A stretch of DNA of 28,054 bases, taken from contig CANRDA010000001.1 in the NCBI GenBank assembly GCA_947629285.1, forward strand, positions 1 through 28,054, read 5' to 3'. Under the pieces are notes generated by a model that saw only the letters and a list, made by a program, of their open reading frames with translations, was not told the DNA's origin and made no database searches. A program made the position numbers and the translations under genes. The stretch comes from an uncultured Bacilli bacterium. GTDB lineage: Bacteria; Bacillota_I; Bacilli_A; RF39; UBA660. Numbering within the stretch: the stretch's first letter is position 1; each line of letters starts with the position of its first letter. Below are positions 10,416 through 17,386 of the stretch, piece after piece.

Positions 10416-11045
10416 GTTTTAGATCTATGTTATTTTAAATGGTATTAAAACAAGTTAATACGACTATACTTTCACTGATAGGTTTTAGATCTATGTTATT
10501 TTAAATGGTATTAAAACATAGTTGTACTTATAAAGAGATGCCTACTAGTTTTAGATCTATGTTATTTTAAATGGTATTAAAACCTGCCATCATCAGGCGT
10601 ATCTCCATGTTCAGTTTTAGATCTATGTTATTTTAAATGGTATTAAAACTGTTACATCCAACTGTAGAGGCGTTATTAAGTTTTAGATCTATGTTATTTT
10701 AAATGGTATTAAAACAATTATAAAAAAGGCATCTAAATGGATAGTGTTTTAGATCTATGTTATTTTAAATGGTATTAAAACTTATCTAAATTAGTAGGTG
10801 TTAGTCCACTAGTTTTAGATCTATGTTATTTTAAATGGTATTAAAACTTGTAACAGCAGTGTAAACAGTTAATCCCAGTTTTAGATCTATGTTATTTTAA
10901 ATGGTATTAAAACTTTCACATCGGCACTACCCTCTAATATACAGTTTTAGATCTATGTTATTTTAAATGGTATTAAAACTTAAATAATGTTAATAACGAA
11001 TTATCGGCAGTTTTAGATCTATATTATTTTAAAAGGAAGATTGAT
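10416..11045 (+). CRISPR. CRISPR array: 9 identical 36-nt repeats GTTTTAGATCTATGTTATTTTAAATGGTATTAAAAC plus a degenerate terminal repeat; 9 spacers of 30 nt
   Basis: Repeats start at 10416, 10482, 10548, 10614, 10680, 10746, 10812, 10878, 10944 (66-nt period). The terminal repeat at 11010 is GTTTTAGATCTATATTATTTTAAAAGGAAGATTGAT. Confidence 0.99.
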
Positions 11046-11167
11046 AAAATGTTAATGTTTATTATAATCATATTGGCAATATGGTGTGGCTTTTGTGACT
11101 TTGCTAACAAAAGAAAATAAATTTAATTAATATTAAATTAAAATGCATACAATTAACTGGTGATACT

Positions 11168-11917
11168 ATGTCAGGTAATATGTATGCTTTTTTACTTTCT
11201 ACTATTGCTGGAATATCTACCCTAATAGGTTTTCTATTCATATATATTAAAAAGGATAGAGATAGTATGATTAGTAAAGCACTAGGTTTTGCAAGTGGAG
11301 TTATGCTTACAATATCAGTAATTGATTTAATACCTAGTTCGTTTTTATTAATGATTAAAAATAATTCAAATATTTATACATTATTATTTATTATAATAGG
11401 ATTTTTAATAGGTGTTATCATATCTAGTGTAATTGATAAAAGAGTAGGGGAACAATCTAAAAAAGGTACTAAATTATATAAACTTGGACTAATTACAATG
11501 TTAGTTATAATGATGCATAATATTCCTGAGGGAATTGCAACATTTATAACAACTACAAATAACATAAAATTAGGTTTAATACTAACAATCGCAATCGCAC
11601 TTCATAATATCCCAGAAGGAATATCTATAAGTATACCAATATATTATTCAACTAATAGCAAATTTAAAGCATTTTTATATACATTTATATCAGGAATGTC
11701 TGAGCCACTTGGAGCATTAATTTCATATCTATTTCTTGCTAGATTTGTAAATGATACTATATTAGGTATTATATACTCAATAATCGCTGGAATGATGATT
11801 AATATATCAATAAATGAATTATATAAAGAAGCAACACATTATAATAGAAAAAATACTGTTATTTATTTTATAATTGGTTCTTTTATTATGATATTAAATC
11901 ATATATTATTTGGATAG
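11168..11917 (+). CDS. zupT: ZIP family divalent metal transporter (ZupT-like)
   Basis: Multi-TM protein with MMHNIPEG and ALHNIPEG motifs and GMSEPLGA. Confidence 0.85.
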   Translation: MSGNMYAFLLSTIAGISTLIGFLFIYIKKDRDSMISKALGFASGVMLTISVIDLIPSSFLLMIKNNSNIYTLLFIIIGFLIGVIISSVIDKRVGEQSKKGTKLYKLGLITMLVIMMHNIPEGIATFITTTNNIKLGLILTIAIALHNIPEGISISIPIYYSTNSKFKAFLYTFISGMSEPLGALISYLFLARFVNDTILGIIYSIIAGMMINISINELYKEATHYNRKNTVIYFIIGSFIMILNHILFG

Positions 11918-11918
11918 T

Positions 11919-11946
11919 AAAAAGAGACATTAAATAGTCTCTTTTA
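11919..11946. terminator. Bidirectional intrinsic terminator
   Basis: AAAAGAGAC-attaaata-GTCTCTTTT between convergent ORFs. Confidence 0.75.
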
Positions 11947-11952
11947 AGTGGG

Positions 11953-12078
11953 TTATTTACAATCTATATCAGAATTTGATTTAGAATTGTTTGATTTAGA
12001 ACTAGAAGATTGAGCGTTAGTACTTTTATTCATACTATTGCTTTTATTCATATTAGTTTCCTTATTATTCTTTCTCAT
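11953..12078 (-). CDS. 41-aa Asn/Ser/Lys-rich small protein (below the ORF-track cutoff)
   Basis: MRKNNKETNMNKSNSMNKSTNAQSSSSKSNNSKSNSDIDCK*; SD GGTGA upstream; stop next to the bidirectional terminator. Confidence 0.6.
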   Translation of the reverse strand: MRKNNKETNMNKSNSMNKSTNAQSSSSKSNNSKSNSDIDCK

Positions 12079-12278
12079 TTAAATCACCCAATAATATTAT
12101 TTACTGATAAATTAAATATATACGTAATTTTTTATATTAAAGAAATAAATGATAGAGTATGAATATAAATTTATATTTTGAAACATAGGTTGAACATAGA
12201 GAAGAATATATAATTTAAATAAATATAATATGAGCAATTAGTAGTATTAAATACATATCTACTTTTATTCCATCGAGA

Positions 12279-12307
12279 AGTTAACATAATTGAAACTTGA
12301 CGGAAGA
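12279..12307 (-). other. Left attachment site: dif-like, 7-bp spacer
   Basis: Minus strand TCTTCCGTCAA-GTTTCAA-TTATGTTAACT. Confidence 0.85.
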
Positions 12308-12309
12308 CT

Positions 12310-12525
12310 TTATATAATTCTTTTTTTATTATTTGTATTTCCAACTATATAATCTATGCTTGTTTCATAAAAATTTGATAATGTTATTAATAAATCTATA
12401 GGAATTGTTCTCTTTCCTGTTTCATATAATCCATATTGTTGTCTCGTTATTTTTAAAATGTTTGCAATATTTTCTTGCTTTAAGTCTTTATCTTCTCTTA
12501 AATCTCTTAATCTTTTAAAATACAT
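12310..12525 (-). CDS. XRE-family HTH prophage repressor (71 aa)
   Basis: MYFKRLRDLREDKDLKQENIANILKITRQQYGLYETGKRTIPIDLLITLSNFYETSIDYIVG; SD AGGAAGTG before ATG 12525 (the track start at 12582 is probably too long); divergent from the phage operon. Confidence 0.9.
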   Translation of the reverse strand: MYFKRLRDLREDKDLKQENIANILKITRQQYGLYETGKRTIPIDLLITLSNFYETSIDYIVGNTNNKKRII

Positions 12526-12571
12526 TTTTTCACTTCCTAATATAATTTTATATGAATTTATTTGAATTCTC

Positions 12572-12629
12572 TTGACAAGCATTCATTTAAATGCTAAAAT
12601 GTATATAGTGAAGCATTCATTTGAATGTT
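12572..12629 (+). promoter_or_regulatory. Phage rightward promoter with two putative repressor operators
   Basis: TTGACA (12572)-17 nt-TAAAAT (12595). Near-identical quasi-palindromes AAGCATTCATTTAAATGCT (12577-12595) and AAGCATTCATTTGAATGTT (12611-12629). Confidence 0.75.
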
Positions 12630-12641
12630 TCACGTGAAACA
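12626..12641. promoter_or_regulatory. parS: parS site (ParB/Spo0J binding consensus)
   Basis: TGTTTCACGTGAAACA, a perfect 16-bp palindrome matching the bacterial parS consensus TGTTNCACGTGAAACA. Confidence 0.85.
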
Positions 12642-12736
12642 TCTGTTTCAACCTTATGCAAGGTAGTTAATTCCTAGCAACTAACTATCTTGCACCTACT
12701 CATTTTTATGAGTAGAATTGAAAGGAGAGTAGGAAA

Positions 12737-12940
12737 ATGAATAAAAATGTTATTAAAAAGATTTTAAAAGAATTAAGAAAGAATAATGAAATTACTATTA
12801 GTTATTGCCCTAGTTTAGAAGAATGTGACTATTTGTATAATCAAGGTGTTAATGTTATTATGGTGAATTCAATTAGATATTGTATTTTAGATAATAAATA
12901 TTCTTACTTAGTTAATTCTTATAAATATGTAAAGGAGTAG
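12737..12940 (+). CDS. Prophage hypothetical protein (67 aa)
   Basis: SD AAGGAG; first gene after the promoter; no recognised motif. Confidence 0.7.
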   Translation: MNKNVIKKILKELRKNNEITISYCPSLEECDYLYNQGVNVIMVNSIRYCILDNKYSYLVNSYKYVKE

Positions 12941-12945
12941 GTATT

Positions 12946-13038
12946 ATGGAAGAAAAAAATAAAAGGTTATATAAGATAATGTTTATTGTATGTATGGTTA
13001 CGAGTTTATTAATTATATTAATGCCTTTATTATTTTAG
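12946..13038 (+). CDS. 30-aa single-TM peptide
   Basis: MEEKNKRLYKIMFIVCMVTSLLIILMPLLF*; SD AAGGAG 8 nt upstream. An overlapping 58-aa ORF (12990-13166) may be its frameshifted continuation. Confidence 0.55.
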   Translation: MEEKNKRLYKIMFIVCMVTSLLIILMPLLF

Positions 13039-13073
13039 TTTTAGTTCTATGTCTTTATAAATGGTATTATTGG
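13038..13073 (+). repeat. Solitary CRISPR-repeat-like unit inside the prophage
   Basis: GTTTTAGTTCTATGTCTTTATAAATGGTATTATTGG versus the host repeat: 28/32 identical over the first 32 nt, 28/36 overall. Confidence 0.85.
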
Positions 13074-13155
13074 AAGAAAAAATATAAAAATGCTAGGTAT
13101 ATTATAAGAATATATGAAATTAAATTATATGATTTACAGAAGGGAAGATTTAAAA

Positions 13156-13443
13156 ATGGAAAATAAAATGGAAATATTTATTACAAATTTAGATAAAAGA
13201 AATATAACAAATGAAAAGACTGGTGAGATTTCAAACTGGTGTATGGTTACTTATTTCATTAAGAAAGAAGACACTGACAGGTCAAAAGGTAATGCACAGT
13301 TGAGTTGCTATTGTAAAGCAAATGCTTTCAATGATTTAGAAAAATATATGTATAAGTGGTCAAATGCTAATATTACTCAAACTGTTGAGGGTAATCGTAT
13401 TAAATTAAAGATAAAAAGTGTAGATAATGTTGTGGTTTCTTAA
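13156..13443 (+). CDS. Probable ssDNA-binding protein (pV-like), 95 aa
   Basis: Size, beta-rich sequence, NEKTGEISNW hairpin-like motif and position before the coat genes. Start at 13156 preferred over 13114. Function inferred. Confidence 0.6.
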   Translation: MENKMEIFITNLDKRNITNEKTGEISNWCMVTYFIKKEDTDRSKGNAQLSCYCKANAFNDLEKYMYKWSNANITQTVEGNRIKLKIKSVDNVVVS

Positions 13444-13639
13444 CGAATATATAATTGATAATAAATTATATTTTAAGATAGTGAAATGTCCATTTGGATA
13501 TTCTGACAATTACTACTTAGTTAATACTTATGTATTATCTAAGAATAGATTTATTGAATATAGGAATTATATAAACTCTATAAAAATTCCTGAAAAAACT
13601 ATGTTTAAAAAATTGCTAGGGTTTTTTAATAAATTATAA
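13427..13639 (+). CDS. Prophage hypothetical protein (70 aa)
   Basis: Overlaps the SSB stop; no recognised motif. Confidence 0.55.
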   Translation: MLWFLNEYIIDNKLYFKIVKCPFGYSDNYYLVNTYVLSKNRFIEYRNYINSIKIPEKTMFKKLLGFFNKL

Positions 13640-13657
13640 TTGAAAGGAGAGTGTATC

Positions 13658-13825
13658 ATGCAAGCAGTTATTAGTGCGTTAACTGAAAGTGTAACGTCAA
13701 CTGTAATGTTCGGAACTCTAGCAGAGATAGTGCCATTTATTGTAACACTATTACCATTTAGTTTAGGTTTATATTTCTTACGTAAACTTGTTAAAGGTGC
13801 CGGAACAGGTAAAGTTAGATTTTAA
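13658..13825 (+). CDS. Major coat protein (pVIII-like), 55 aa
   Basis: MQAVISALTESVTSTVMFGTLAEIVPFIVTLLPFSLGLYFLRKLVKGAGTGKVRF: amphipathic N-terminus, one TM, basic C-terminus; SD AAGGAG at 13644. Confidence 0.8.
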   Translation: MQAVISALTESVTSTVMFGTLAEIVPFIVTLLPFSLGLYFLRKLVKGAGTGKVRF

Positions 13826-13873
13826 TAATTGGAGCATCTTGCTCCTTTTATTATATTAGAAAGGATAGATTTT

Positions 13874-13987
13874 ATGTTTGATATTTCAATGGAATTTATG
13901 AAAGATTTAGTAGATTTAATAGTCCCAGTAATGGCTATATATATTGTATTTGATTTATGTGGAAGTTTATTATTTGGAAAGAAGTGA
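13874..13987 (+). CDS. Minor coat protein (pVII/pIX-like), 37 aa
   Basis: MFDISMEFMKDLVDLIVPVMAIYIVFDLCGSLLFGKK*; SD AAGGA; below the ORF-track cutoff. Confidence 0.65.
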   Translation: MFDISMEFMKDLVDLIVPVMAIYIVFDLCGSLLFGKK

Positions 13988-13991
13988 TTTT

Positions 13992-14336
13992 GTGATTTAT
14001 GTACCTAATTTAGAAAATTATAAATGTGTTGTAGTTCAAGATAAAGATACTATAAGAGCATATCATACAAGACCTTATAATCCAAGTTATAATAACTCAA
14101 TTCAAGTACAGTATACTGATTTTTATGTCAATTCAAATTATATGTCAAAAGAGGGTTCTCAAAATTTTAATTATAATAGTAGTTTGCCAAACTGTATAAG
14201 TCAAGATAATTTAACAAATGAGGTTTATTATAGGAATGATTTTGATAGAATACTTATTATATTTATAATATTTGCTATTTTTTGCATTTTAATACCTTTA
14301 AAAGTATTTATGAGATTGTTTAGGAGGTTTAACTAG
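13992..14336 (+). CDS. Virion/membrane protein with C-terminal TM (114 aa)
   Basis: GTG start at 13992 in the frame of the track ORF 13944-14336, avoiding overlap with the 37-aa gene; C-terminal ILIIFIIFAIFCILIPLKVFMRLFRR. Confidence 0.65.
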   Translation: MIYVPNLENYKCVVVQDKDTIRAYHTRPYNPSYNNSIQVQYTDFYVNSNYMSKEGSQNFNYNSSLPNCISQDNLTNEVYYRNDFDRILIIFIIFAIFCILIPLKVFMRLFRRFN

Positions 14337-14337
14337 T

Positions 14338-15840
14338 ATGAAAATTTTAAAAAGAATAATAGTAGGTGTAGCTATAGGTACTATATTAATGCTTATTAAA
14401 TCATCTAATGTTTTTGCTTATGATGCTGAAACATATTACATTAAATTTGAAAATGTTGAGAATTATGTCTTGGAGCATATTCCTAATAATGATAAATGGA
14501 AAGATTTTGATTTAAACAATTATCCTTATGTATTAGTTGAATTAGTTAATGGCAGTAATAATAATAAAGGAATTATGGTTTTCTTTTTTAAATCTTTAGA
14601 CCAATTTAATTCTTTATATATTGAAAAAAATCAATATGGTATTTCTATTAAATCTGGTACTGATTATTGTGGCTACACTTATTATTCTATTAAAGATAGT
14701 TACTATCAAGATTTAGGTTGCAAAGGCGGTTCTGGTGGTTATATTTCTACTTATTTTAGTACTAATTATAATTACAAAGATGCAATTATTACTAATTTTG
14801 ACATCTCAAAATTGACTATAAATAATACTTCTGATGGTGCTCATACAGTTGAAGAGGTAAATCTATTAATGAATAAGATGGACTTTTCTGCTTATTTAAA
14901 TCCAATATATTATTATATTTATTCTTATGATAAAGATTTCAAATTAGTTGATAGTAAAAAATGTACTGATAAGGAGAATTACTGTAATTTACAATCTTAT
15001 AAAGATAATGTTAAATATGTTAAAGTTTCTTATTATTTAGATAAAATTATTGGTAATAATTTAGATATTATAAGTGGACATACTTATGATTTTAATACTA
15101 GTTTTATTAATTCTTATGACGATGTAACTGTTTATGATGCATCTGCTTATTATTTTTATAATGATGATGCTATTAATGTAGATTATGCTTATTTGCTCAC
15201 ACCTAAACAATCTCATAGTTCAGTTGATGAAAAATTTGATTATAAGTTTCAAATTCCCATATCATATGACTATGATAGTGCTAAATTATACCGTTTAGAT
15301 GTTACTTATGAATTTAACGAGTATGTACCAACTGAGATTGTTATACCTCCAACTGTTAGTTATTCAGATATTACAATTGGTGGTGGAGATGTAGACCCAC
15401 CTGTTGACCCTGAACCTGAACCTGAAGACCCTAACAAAGAGATTAATGATAAATTAAATGGTGTTAATGATAAACTTGACGATTTAAATAGTAGTATTAC
15501 TGATAGTAATGTTGATACAGGTAGTGCTGGTGGTTTCTTTAATGATTTTGAAGATAAAGATTTTGGATTATCCGATATAGTTAAAGCCCCTTTAGGTGTA
15601 ATAAATTCAATAACAACTGGTTCTTGTGAAGATATAGAGGTTAGTTTACCTTTTGTTAATAAAAAAATTACAATTCCTTGTATGATGCCTATTTATCAAA
15701 AACATTTTATGCCAGTTTTAGTTATTTATCAAACTATTACGGGTGGTTTAATTTCTTATTGGATATGTGTGCAATTATTGGAAATGGTAAAGGGATTTAA
15801 AGACCCTGACAAAGACGAAATACAGGTGGTGGACGTATGA
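14338..15840 (+). CDS. Adsorption protein (pIII-like), 500 aa
   Basis: Signal peptide (…SSNVFA), Tyr/Asn-rich receptor-binding region, Pro/acidic linker GGGDVDPPVDPEPEPEDP, coiled segment, C-terminal hydrophobic anchor; largest gene, followed by a pVI-like gene. Confidence 0.8.
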   Translation: MKILKRIIVGVAIGTILMLIKSSNVFAYDAETYYIKFENVENYVLEHIPNNDKWKDFDLNNYPYVLVELVNGSNNNKGIMVFFFKSLDQFNSLYIEKNQYGISIKSGTDYCGYTYYSIKDSYYQDLGCKGGSGGYISTYFSTNYNYKDAIITNFDISKLTINNTSDGAHTVEEVNLLMNKMDFSAYLNPIYYYIYSYDKDFKLVDSKKCTDKENYCNLQSYKDNVKYVKVSYYLDKIIGNNLDIISGHTYDFNTSFINSYDDVTVYDASAYYFYNDDAINVDYAYLLTPKQSHSSVDEKFDYKFQIPISYDYDSAKLYRLDVTYEFNEYVPTEIVIPPTVSYSDITIGGGDVDPPVDPEPEPEDPNKEINDKLNGVNDKLDDLNSSITDSNVDTGSAGGFFNDFEDKDFGLSDIVKAPLGVINSITTGSCEDIEVSLPFVNKKITIPCMMPIYQKHFMPVLVIYQTITGGLISYWICVQLLEMVKGFKDPDKDEIQVVDV

Positions 15841-16136
15841 TTAATGCTATAATTCAAGGAATTTTCTCTTTAATAATGGGCTTGGTAGATATTGTATTAA
15901 AACCTATTGATTTATTAATTGAGAGTGTTCTTCCTGACGTATCTCAAGGTTTATCTTTTGTAGGTCAATTATTTAATATAATAAGTCAAGGCTTATCGTG
16001 GGCTGTAAATGCTAGTGGCTTGCATAGTGGTGTACTTTCATTTTTAGTATTATTTATGACATTTAAATTAACAGTACCAGTTACTGTTAGTGCGATTAAA
16101 AAAGCGATTAAATGGTATAATGCTTTGAAGATTTAG
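15837..16136 (+). CDS. Minor coat protein (pVI-like), 99 aa
   Basis: Hydrophobic, about 100 aa, ATGA-coupled to pIII and upstream of pI. Confidence 0.75.
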   Translation: MINAIIQGIFSLIMGLVDIVLKPIDLLIESVLPDVSQGLSFVGQLFNIISQGLSWAVNASGLHSGVLSFLVLFMTFKLTVPVTVSAIKKAIKWYNALKI

Positions 16137-16187
16137 TTTTCGTGAGTGCTATATATATAGCACCACGAAAACGAAAGGAGAATTTAT

Positions 16188-16253
16188 ATGGAAATAGATT
16201 TTGAATTTTGGGACGATTTAGATTTAGAAAAGGACGTTGAAAAATGTTATTGA
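16188..16253 (+). CDS. 21-aa acidic micro-ORF
   Basis: MEIDFEFWDDLDLEKDVEKCY*; SD AAGGAG 7 nt upstream; overlaps the pI start by 10 nt. Confidence 0.45.
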   Translation: MEIDFEFWDDLDLEKDVEKCY

Positions 16254-16891
16254 TTTTTATAATTATAGGTATAGTATTCTTTTTTTGGAGATTTAGAAAA
16301 ACAAAAATAAAATGGAAAACCTTTTTTAAAAAAGGTTTTGCACCTGTACGTGGTAGATTTGGTATTTATTGCTACTGTGGTAAGCAGGGTAGTGGGAAGA
16401 CTTATAGTGCAGTAGAATTTTTATTACATAATACTGATTTGCCAATATATAGTAATGTATCTACTATTAAGGGTATAGATTATACATATTTTAGTGGTTT
16501 TGACGAATTATTAAAATTAAAGGATAAGACTGATTGTATTATCTTTTATGACGAAATATTTACTGCACTTACTCGTTCTAGTAGAATGAATACAGACGTT
16601 TTAGATTTTCTATCTCAAATGAGAAAGAGACGTATTATATTTATTACTACTGCTCAAGAGTGGTTAGAGATTAATATGACATTAAGGAGATACTGTAGAT
16701 TTCAAATAGAATGTAATATGCGTAATATATTCGGATTAGGTATATTAATTAAGCATTGTTATGATGCTGAGCAATTAAAATGGTCTCAAGAAGATAACGA
16801 GTATATAGCACCTCTAATATCGACAACTATCTCAAAATGTAATTTATATGTAGCAAATAGTTATGATACATTCGAGCAAATAAAAACTTAA
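16244..16891 (+). CDS. Zot/pI-like morphogenesis ATPase with N-terminal TM
   Basis: N-terminal TM, Walker A GKQGSGKT, Walker B CIIFYDE, LSQMRKRR, TTAQ; the inovirus hallmark gene. Confidence 0.92.
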   Translation: MLLIFIIIGIVFFFWRFRKTKIKWKTFFKKGFAPVRGRFGIYCYCGKQGSGKTYSAVEFLLHNTDLPIYSNVSTIKGIDYTYFSGFDELLKLKDKTDCIIFYDEIFTALTRSSRMNTDVLDFLSQMRKRRIIFITTAQEWLEINMTLRRYCRFQIECNMRNIFGLGILIKHCYDAEQLKWSQEDNEYIAPLISTTISKCNLYVANSYDTFEQIKT

Positions 16892-17386
16892 TTTTTTTGC
16901 CATACTTTTTTAAATAACTAAAAAAAAGTATGTACTATACTATGAGAGTATTTTCGATTAATTTTGCTTTAGCAAAATTAATTGAAAATACTTAATCCGC
17001 GAGGGTTAGAACTCTAATGAACGCGATTTTCAGTACCATATATAATGCTTATGTTATCAGTTTTTAATAAAAAATAAAATTTAAACTTGTTTAAATTATA
17101 TTTTTTAGCAACAGTAGAAAGGGTTCACGCGTGGGGCTAACTTAAAATCGCGTTGGAATTTAATTAGAATTAACAAAGTGTAAAATAATTTTTTCTATTG
17201 GGTTTCACCCAATAAAAAAAATTATTCCACAGGTTCTTAGGGTGTAACCCTAAGTAGGTCGTAGGACAAAGTCCTACATACGATAAACAAGTATAGTAAT
17301 GGGTGCGTTTTAGCACGGTAATTGCACACTACGACTAATGCAATTACTGTGTCAAGTGTCAAATATAGAAAAGGAGTAGGTAAAAT
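16892..17386 (+). other. Phage intergenic region: hairpins, probable packaging signal and single-strand origin, and double-strand origin
   Basis: Hairpins at 16901-16932, 16948-16991, about 17184-17226, 17236-17254, 17261-17277 and 17318-17347. The last has ACTACGAC in its loop. Confidence 0.75.

Noticed and set aside
10452-11009. Spacers targeting the resident prophage or the window itself (e.g. spacer 5 versus 16091-16120, spacer 9 versus about 15454-15483, spacer 6 versus about 14359-14370)
   Set aside because: Best by-eye similarities are about 16-18 of 30 nt, or exact runs of 10 nt or less, in AT-rich DNA, which is not a protospacer. An exhaustive alignment was not possible.
11010-13073. 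Idea that the phage integrated into a CRISPR repeat, making 13038-13073 an att scar
   Set aside because: The repeat-like unit is internal to the element. The ends are defined by dif-like sites, and zupT separates the array from the prophage.
17031-17059. Third dif-like sequence (…TTATGTTATCA) in the phage intergenic region as a CTX-type second att arm
   Set aside because: Only a partial arm match, no convincing partner arm, and more than 1 kb from the junction.
17348-17362. TGTCAAG/TGTCAAA as Spo0A boxes
   Set aside because: They mismatch TGNCGAA at conserved positions and are better explained as Rep-binding repeats next to the nick site.
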